From Catajapyx aquilonaris (lineage: Eukaryota): a stretch of DNA of 55,940 bases. Position numbers and translations under genes: made by a program. The DNA lies in NCBI GenBank assembly GCA_000934665.2, contig KZ538652.1:1-55940 (forward strand), written 5' to 3'. The notes under the pieces are model-generated. The model was not told where the DNA came from and searched no databases. It saw nothing but the letters and a program-made list of their open reading frames with translations. Numbering within the stretch: the first letter of the stretch is position 1; every line of letters begins with the position of its first letter. Positions 48,728 through 55,940 of the stretch are shown here, piece after piece.

Positions 48728-49535
48728 TGTCATGCCGCCTACGGCATAACAAGGACTTAATTACGATATTAATTGGCATTTAATTACACACTTCATAACC
48801 CTAAAATTATTACAGTTTATTGAGAACACGCATCTAAATTAACCTAGAGAATGGGCTAGGCAGCACGGAATCTATAAAGCAGTAGACTCCCTGGCGCCAG
48901 TAATCCATACAAAAGAGCCATTAGAGTCCAAGCGCGGTGGAAAGGATAGAAAACTTACAGCATCAATATGACACACATATTACGGGATGCAAGAAGCGGA
49001 TTAATACAGATGTGAAAATACCGAACCCCACCCCAAACCGGGCACTATAAAAGCAGGGCCGAGTCATAGAATCAGACACAGAGACAGAGAGAGACAGACA
49101 GAAGCAGCAGACGCAGATCATACGCAAGTCAGGCAGTAATCAGGTAAGCCAGCCATGTTGCAAAATTTCCAGTTGCATTTATTTTACTTTTCGTGCAACC
49201 ATAGGTTGAAGTGTATGGTGCATGATTATGGTATACGGATGTAAGAGTACATGTAGTTAATCCGTTATGTGTTGTAGAAGATGAACAGAACTGTAGACGT
49301 GGTTGTTGATGTCATAATATGTGGAAAAGAAGTATTATTGGACTTGTGAACTATGTATGTATGTATATGTGTGTAGGAGAGAGAGATGTACATGGTAGTA
49401 TAACAAAGAGCCTTACGTGGCTGCATTAAATAGGTTATTTGAAATCATTCCCCGACATTATTTATTTCCGCTGATATCCGACGCAAATACCTCTACCTAA
49501 CTTAAGTTCGAGCCCGTACCTGCGTTGGTTCGACA
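48728..49535 (+). mobile_element. 3' LTR of an env-bearing Ty3/gypsy-like retroelement
   Basis: Starts TGTC after a PPT-like GTGGGTGGATAT. TATAAAA at about 49046 and ATTAAA at about 49425. Ends GACA exactly where the host TIR resumes (TAAA, also present at 45455-45458). An alternative end at 49457 is possible. Confidence 0.7.
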
Positions 49536-50809
49536 TAAAACACTTTCCAGCTTTGGAAGATTTTTCGGGAAGCATATGTCTAATTTGCCTGGACTATGGC
49601 CAAAATGGCTTGTTCCATCTTGGGGCCAATGCTTTCTGGAAAGAAATCAACTAAACTACTTCGCCCAAATAGTAATTCAATTTGGTCGTCCAGAGGGTAA
49701 CTTGCATTCTGTTCTAATTAGAGAAACAACGATGCCTTCCATCCAGGATTTTTATTACAGTACTAGGTATACACCTGAATGCCTGAGCATTAAAAAATGT
49801 TATCAACATAGTTTCCAACCAAATTGCAGCATTTGTCATAGAGCCACACAAGATCTTGCATGCCTCTGCAGGGATTACTGCCTTATCCTCCTGAGACCGT
49901 ATATGCAAGTAATCCCTGGCCTCTGTCATAACAGTTTGCCATTTCCACGACCCCCGGAATAAAACATTGGGCTGGGATTCACTCTTAGCAATGGTCAAAC
50001 CCCTGCCTTGAAAGCCATTTTCTCACGTGCATGGAGAGGTGGTAATGGCCAAGTGCTATGTTCACGATAAATTTGGGAGAAAGTACTGAATAATGTTATT
50101 CTTGTCGGACGATCGTCTGTACATGCTTGATATGCGCAGGAGAGTACTGAATACGTGACCAGAGGTGCAATATTCAAATGCAACAAGATGTGGTGAGAAA
50201 AACAACTCTTTCTCTATCATCATGCTGTTGCTGCAACATACATCACTGGAGAGACCTGCATCAGACCTGGAAACTTTGTTGCAGTATGATTGCTGTTTGC
50301 AAAAACATTGGCATAAAAAGCTGTCCTTTAATATTTGACCTCTTTTCTCTCCAATATCATTATTATTTTAATCAGCATAAAAATGTACTGTACTTCAAGA
50401 GGAAAGTGGATGCCATGTCATTACACTAATTTTCGGTCTCTCAGGGATTCTGCAAGTAAGGTGGAGAGCTTGGACATGCAGGGTGGTCGGTAAATGGTGC
50501 ACAAGCAGCAAGTAGCGAGATTCCTTCTGAAAAACCCGCACAAGGAAGTGAAGGTTCTATTGCTCTACGATGCCTGGTTAGAGCTCACGAGGCCAAATCA
50601 TGACGTCACATCCGCCAGCGAAAATAAAACACTGCCGTATCGCTACTGGATACCAGATCACTTCATGATTTTTTTTAAAAGTGCAGGTAGACCAAACCTC
50701 ATGCCGAGTTCGGAGCAGTGCTGACTACTCCATCAATAATATATTCTTTCCTGTTCCAACCTCCTGATCAGAGAAGACTCTGTATTGTTGCTGCTTCATC
50801 AGAAGGTGA

Positions 50810-51922
50810 TCAATGCAGTGCCTTCATGTGGCTCTGGAGGTGGTGCTTCATCAGAAAGTCCTTCTTGCACACGGTGCACACAAAGGGCCTCTCCCCAATG
50901 TGGAAGCGCATGTGCTGGTCCACGTGGTGCTTCATAGTAAAGCCCTTCCCACACACGAGACAGGAAAAGGGCTTCTCCCCAGTGTGAGTGCGCATGTGAA
51001 TCGTTAGGTGGGTTTTCACTGCAAATTTTTTGGGACACAAGTCGCACTGGAGTGTCTTACCTCCACCCTCCGTGTGAACTCTAATTTTGTGTGAATGTAA
51101 GGCTGTAGGGTTGGCATATGTCTTGTCACATAATTTGCAGGCATAGGGACGTTCTGAAGTGTGAGATCGCTCGTGTAATGCTAATTGGTGCATATAATGG
51201 AACTGCTTCCCGCAAGTGGCACATTGGTTTGGCTTCTCCTTACTGTGTGTCTTCAGGTGTCTTTTCAAGGAAACTATACATGCAAATTTTTTGGGACACG
51301 AGGGGCACTGTTTGGCTGGTTGCTTATTGTGTTTGCGTATTTTGTGAGTACTTAATCCACCTCGTGTTCTATATGTCTTGTCACATAAGTTGCATGCAAA
51401 GGCATGTTCTCCACTGTGCGTCCGCTTGTGGGCCAATAATTCACTATGCCATTGATATCTCTTCTCACAAATGTCACATTTGTGCGGCAAATACTGTGTG
51501 TGAATTCGCAGCCTGTGATATGTGAGGAGCCTTTCACTGCGGTAATATCCTTGACACAGGTGACATTGATATTTCCTTCCTGCTCCCTCCCCGTGGATTT
51601 GATAATTGTGGCGCTCCAGGCTACGTAGCGATGCAACCTTCCTGTCACATATGGTGCAGGTCAACTGAAGCGGTTTCTTGTGGGCCTTCTTTGGGCGGGT
51701 AATATTGATGGGATCATGCTCCCTCTTCCCAGTGCATTCCTGTGGCCTCTCTGCTGCATGGGTTGCAGCGCCATTAGCTTCTTTCCCTGTCAGTCCTGAC
51801 CGTGAATCAGAGGTGGTTCTGCAACGGGAACCCAACCCGCTGCCTGATAACTCCATGCTTCCATCCCTGTCTTCTGATGCTGGACTTGTCGCATGTCCTG
51901 AATTGACCTTGGTCAATAAAGT
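50810..51922 (-). CDS. Terminal exon of copy C, 10 C2H2 fingers
   Basis: Paralog of 19386-18241 with the same acceptor; open for 371 codons including TGA. Confidence 0.92.
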   Translation of the reverse strand, partial: TLLTKVNSGHATSPASEDRDGSMELSGSGLGSRCRTTSDSRSGLTGKEANGAATHAAERPQECTGKREHDPINITRPKKAHKKPLQLTCTICDRKVASLRSLERHNYQIHGEGAGRKYQCHLCQGYYRSERLLTYHRLRIHTQYLPHKCDICEKRYQWHSELLAHKRTHSGEHAFACNLCDKTYRTRGGLSTHKIRKHNKQPAKQCPSCPKKFACIVSLKRHLKTHSKEKPNQCATCGKQFHYMHQLALHERSHTSERPYACKLCDKTYANPTALHSHKIRVHTEGGGKTLQCDLCPKKFAVKTHLTIHMRTHTGEKPFSCLVCGKGFTMKHHVDQHMRFHIGERPFVCTVCKKDFLMKHHLQSHMKALH

Positions 51923-53361
51923 CTGAAAGAGACCCCCACAGTAGGTCAATGAGGTCAACGTTACATAGTAAAATCCTGCAACCCCTATCCTTGCACAAAA
52001 TGTCAATCCAATATGGCATGTGCTGTTCCCTATGATGTATTCGGTGCTTCATTCAATAATAAACAAACAAATTCAGTGTCTATGGGTAATAACTGGTTCT
52101 AAGCGGGGAGGCATGGTGGCCGAGTTGGCAACATCTCGGCTTACTGAGTGAAAGGTCCCGGGTTCCATCCCCGCCTGGAGTTCCCTTTCGCCTGCGTCAG
52201 GACCGGGTCTCTGACCCACGCCTTGGAGGCCTCCGGCAACCTAACCTCCTGGGAGACTGCACATTCCGACATTGCACATGAACCCGTGTCTCCTCCCCTA
52301 AAAATCCCCACCCTTACCCCCCATGTTCTTTCTTCCCTGCACGGAGTTTGAAGAAAAACACGAAAAAGTGAATGGAAAATATGGTGGTGTTCCACCCCCC
52401 AAAGAGGGCCTCTGGCCCTAGCACGGGGTAATACAAAAAAAAAATGGTCTAAGCCCCCACCTGCAGGTGTACCTTACCCCGAGATAAACCAAACCCTGCA
52501 CAATAAGGTCCTGGCTCAAGGCCTAATGGGGAACGTGATGTGGCAGAGAAGTAGATCTTACACATCGTACACCACAATTATTCACCATCACCTTCAATGC
52601 CAACCTTTGACTTGGCATGGGGAACAGTAATGCCGTCACTGGTGCTGGAGTTGAGGCTCACAGGACTGGAGCCACGTCTCCTCCATTGCCACAGTCCATT
52701 ATATTTGGGGCACAATATACAGGGTGTCCGCAATGAACCTCCCTAATTTCAAAGAGCAGTAAAAAATACACATGCAGAGGTTTTTGAGGTTTTTGTTGTT
52801 TAAACGGTCAGGAGACTCTACAAGTTTCATACTGAAATCTTGGGATGGTCTATGGGATGGGGTGGTGCTCCTGTGGGGCTGTTGGAAGACACAAACATAA
52901 CATCTACAGAGGGAAAAACACAGGCGGTGTGGTGGTTAGCTGAGCTCAAGTCCATTACAGAAGTGCTGGACATGCTTAAAATTTCGCCTTTCCACAACTA
53001 CAAGACAGAGTAGGGTAAGATATTCTAACCACCACACCACCTGTGTTTTTCCCTCCGTAGATGCTATGTTTCCAAAAGTTCAGTATGAAACTTGTTGAGT
53101 CTCCAGACCGTTTAAACAACAAAAACCTTAAATACCTCTGCATTTCTATTTTTTCCCTGCCTCCCTTTTCATCAACATGTCCCTTAGACTCGAAGTCCAG
53201 ATGTGTTACAAAGTTGTTTTGGCGTCCCGTAATTGAAAACCACAATGTGGGGAAAGTAGAGAGGGGACAGATTGAAGCAGAAGAGGGAGACGGCCACCAC
53301 CATAACGCTACTGACTGCAGTGGTATTAATCGGGAAAGCAGGCACAGTAAATCGGCTTTAA

Positions 53362-54745
53362 CCCTTTGATGGCGACGGACATCATATGATGTCCGAGCTT
53401 ACATTGCTGGAGGGCCTACGGACATCATACGATGTCCTGAGACTTGCCCTGCCAACTTGGGTCATTTTTCAACTCAAAAAATTTCAACCTCACCGATTTT
53501 CTTCAAATTCGGCGCATAGGTAGCCCACCCCAAGGGATGAAAAACGCACCTATAGTTCCCTGCTCGAAATGACCCTGTGACCCAATTTTGAGGGGGGCAG
53601 AGGTCAAATCATAAAATTTCGACCTCACCAATTTTCTTCAAATTCGGTCCATTGGTAGCCCACCCCAAGGGATGAAAAACCACCTATAATGACCTGATCA
53701 AAATGACCCTGTGACCCGATTTTGAAGGGGGCAGAGGTCAAATCATAAAATTTCGACCTCACCTATTTTTCTGAAATTCGGTCCATTGGCAGCTCACTCC
53801 AAGGGATGACAAACCCACCTATAGTTCCCTGCTCGACATGACCCTGTGACCCATATTGGAGGGGGACATATGTCAATGCACCGAATTTCAAGAAAATCGG
53901 TGAGTAGGGCTGTGCGATATCCGAAATTGCATATCGACTTTCGATACTCAAAAAATATCGAATCGAAGTCGATATATCGAAAATCGAAAAACCGACATCG
54001 AACAATATCGAAAATATCGCAAAACGACATCGCGATATTCGATACATCGCACATGCCAAGCGTCGGATATCGAAGTTGCGTTATCCGACGCTTGGCATGT
54101 GCGATGTATCGAATATCTCGATGTCGGTTTGCGATATTTTGCGATGTGCGATATTTTGCGATGTCGGTTTTTCGATTTTCGATATATCGACTTCGATGCG
54201 ATATTTTTTAAGTATCGAAAGTCGATATGCAATTTCGGATATCGCCCAGCCCTACCTATCGGTGAGGTCGAAATTTTATGATTTGACCTCTGCCCCCCTC
54301 AAAATTGGGTCACGAGGTCATTTTGATAAGGTAACGCTAGGTGCGTTTTTCATACCTTGGAGTGGGCTACCAATGCACCGAATTTCAAAAAAATCGGTGA
54401 GGTCGAAATGTGACCTCTGCTCTCCTCCATTATGGGTCATAGGGTCATTTCGAGCAGGGAACTATAGGTGCGTTTGTCATCCCTTGGTGTGGGCTATCAA
54501 TGCACCGAATTTCAAGAAAATCGGTGAGGTCGGAATTTTATGATTTGACCTCTGTACCCCTCAAAATTGGGTCACGAGGTCATTTTGATCAGGTAACTAT
54601 AGGTGCGTTTTTCATCCCTTTGGGTGGGCTACCTATGGACCGAATTTGAAGAAAATCGGTGAGGTCGCAAAATTTCCGGAAAAGGGGGAAAAAAAACTCC
54701 GGCCCTGGGGTAATGCAATCCCTCAAAAACTCCGCCATCAAAGGG
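53362..54745. mobile_element. piggyBac-like non-autonomous element with internal ~130-bp repeats in both orientations
   Basis: TTAA TSD (53358-61, 54746-49) and TIRs CCCTTTGATGGCG / CGCCATCAAAGGG. Empty site in the paralog near 2260. Confidence 0.88.
53905..54254. mobile_element. Palindromic hAT-type MITE rich in CGATA motifs, nested in the piggyBac-like element
   Basis: TAGGGCTGTGCGATAT...ATATCGCCCAGCCCTA. Approximate TSD TCGGTGAG, with 4 extra nt on the right. Confidence 0.75.
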
Positions 54746-54859
54746 TTAAAATAATTTTCAGCCCATGTGGAGGCCACTCGTGGCCTCCTGCAGACCGAGA
54801 TTTGAGAACCAACACCTGAAACAGCTTTGATCAGCACCAGTCCTCAAATAAGTACGAAC

Positions 54860-55367
54860 CTCATCCTCAGATGACTCGCTCTCAAGGTCAGAAATCGCTA
54901 TGTCTTCACTGCTGTCTCCAATGTCAGAGTCGCTGCCCCTTCCAGAGTGACTTTCCATCATTTCCGACATCTTCTGTCGAGCCTTCAGTTTGGATTGCCT
55001 TGTTCCACGCTGCACTTCCACCTGAGCAAAAACGTACACCATTATTATTTTCCTCTTTGCGTAAATAAATTATTGCGCCCACAAACTGTTGTATCTTTAC
55101 AATGGGCACAGGAAAATTCAGACCCTATCAGTCACGCCATGTGCTGCCCCCCTGTCACTCCCACACACAATCGGTTACTCCCTCTCCACTCTCCTTGTCC
55201 AATACAGATTTTGTACCCAGCACTAGGCGGAGTCTGAAGATGATCCACACGGGATGGTTTAGTTTATCATGCAGCTGCTGTACCTTTTGCGCGCCATTCC
55301 CCTGTTTCGAGGCAGCTTCTGGTGTCCCTGGATTCCTTCCAGCACCCTCGTTGACCTGGATCTCCAC
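54860..55367 (-). CDS. Upstream exons of copy C (55367-55284, 55021-54860)
   Basis: AG/GT-bounded exons of 84 and 162 nt (VEIQVNEGAG..., VEVQRGTRQ...SSEDE). The gene continues beyond the window. Confidence 0.65.
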
Positions 55368-55940
55368 CTGCGGATGAGAAGGTCACTTAGCACTGACAGT
55401 GAGTTGATACAAATGCAAGACCATTTGTGTACTTGCATAATACATTTGTAGAAAACCACATTTCAAAATAATATTGGCATAGTCTTCATCCCTCCAACAC
55501 ATTCCGTTGTGCAAGGTTTCAACAGAGATTTCTGCAGTGCTTAGTAATTTTTCCCTCCTTTATTCCCAAATTTTCAGTGTTCATTACAACGATGAATCGG
55601 CTCATGCCTACAGGGTCCTGCATATATGATCCTGAATGCACATGCTCTGCATTATGCAGCTGTTTTACAGGAATTATTACACGATATTAAGTTACTTGTA
55701 GCAGCTGAAAGTCATTGCTGCCCTTCAATGTCGGAGAGACCCAAATATGACTTCCAAAAGAGAGACAACTGCAGGACTATCAACACAAATGCAATGAGAA
55801 CCGATGAGAACCCACTGAAACTCTACCCACATGAACGTCTCCGAGGATTGAACTTGGAAGGCTGAGATGCTAACCACTCCGTCTCTGAAGCACATGTGGT
55901 TGCCATAGTTGAAGCACTTACAGCCAAATGAATATTAACC

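Larger units (their letters stand above)
42287..49596. mobile_element. Long-TIR DNA element (possibly Academ-like, ends ...GGACTA) hosting three nested insertions
   Basis: The left arm (42287-42299 plus 43552-43872) is the reverse complement of the right arm (45208-45458 plus 49536-49596). The whole block is absent at the paralogous site near 17020. Confidence 0.6.

Noticed and set aside
53763..54543. Overlapping ORFs and regularly spaced repeats that might suggest a CRISPR-like array
   Set aside because: There are no unique spacers or cas genes, the context is eukaryotic, and the repeats are internal to TSD-bounded MITEs.

Overview
Eukaryotic, probably insect or arthropod, genomic DNA with two small assembly gaps (about 37107-37174 and 38776-38780). 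The window is dominated by a tandem, mosaic array of minus-strand, multi-exon transcription-factor-like genes. Copy A starts at 16317 and runs left. Copy B appears complete (33706->18241, 17 GT-AG exons, about 1346 aa by my exon model). Copy C enters from the right edge and ends at 50810. The genes are built from duplicated exon cassettes, and every cassette I could delimit by splice sites is phase 0-0. The cassettes encode an N-terminal C2H2 finger, acidic VEV...SSEDE repeats, Brinker-type HTH DNA-binding domains, GATA (CX2CX17CX2C) fingers and a terminal 10-finger C2H2 array, in different combinations per copy. The B/C intergenic interval has grown from about 1.9 kb (the A/B equivalent) to about 17 kb through two insertions. 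The first is a Mutator (MULE) element with a 9-bp TSD (34192-42076). The second is a nested stack (about 42287-49596) holding a foldback element, an RTE LINE fragment and the 3' part of an env-bearing LTR retroelement. That retroelement carries an intact extra ORF of about 540 aa with zinc fingers between env and the 3' LTR, which resembles the accessory genes of complex retroviruses. Many MITEs and DNA-transposon relics (hAT, piggyBac-like, Kolobok-like, Harbinger-like, mariner, Tigger) are confirmed by TSDs and, in several cases, by empty sites in the paralogous copies. All calls are by eye; no searches were run.
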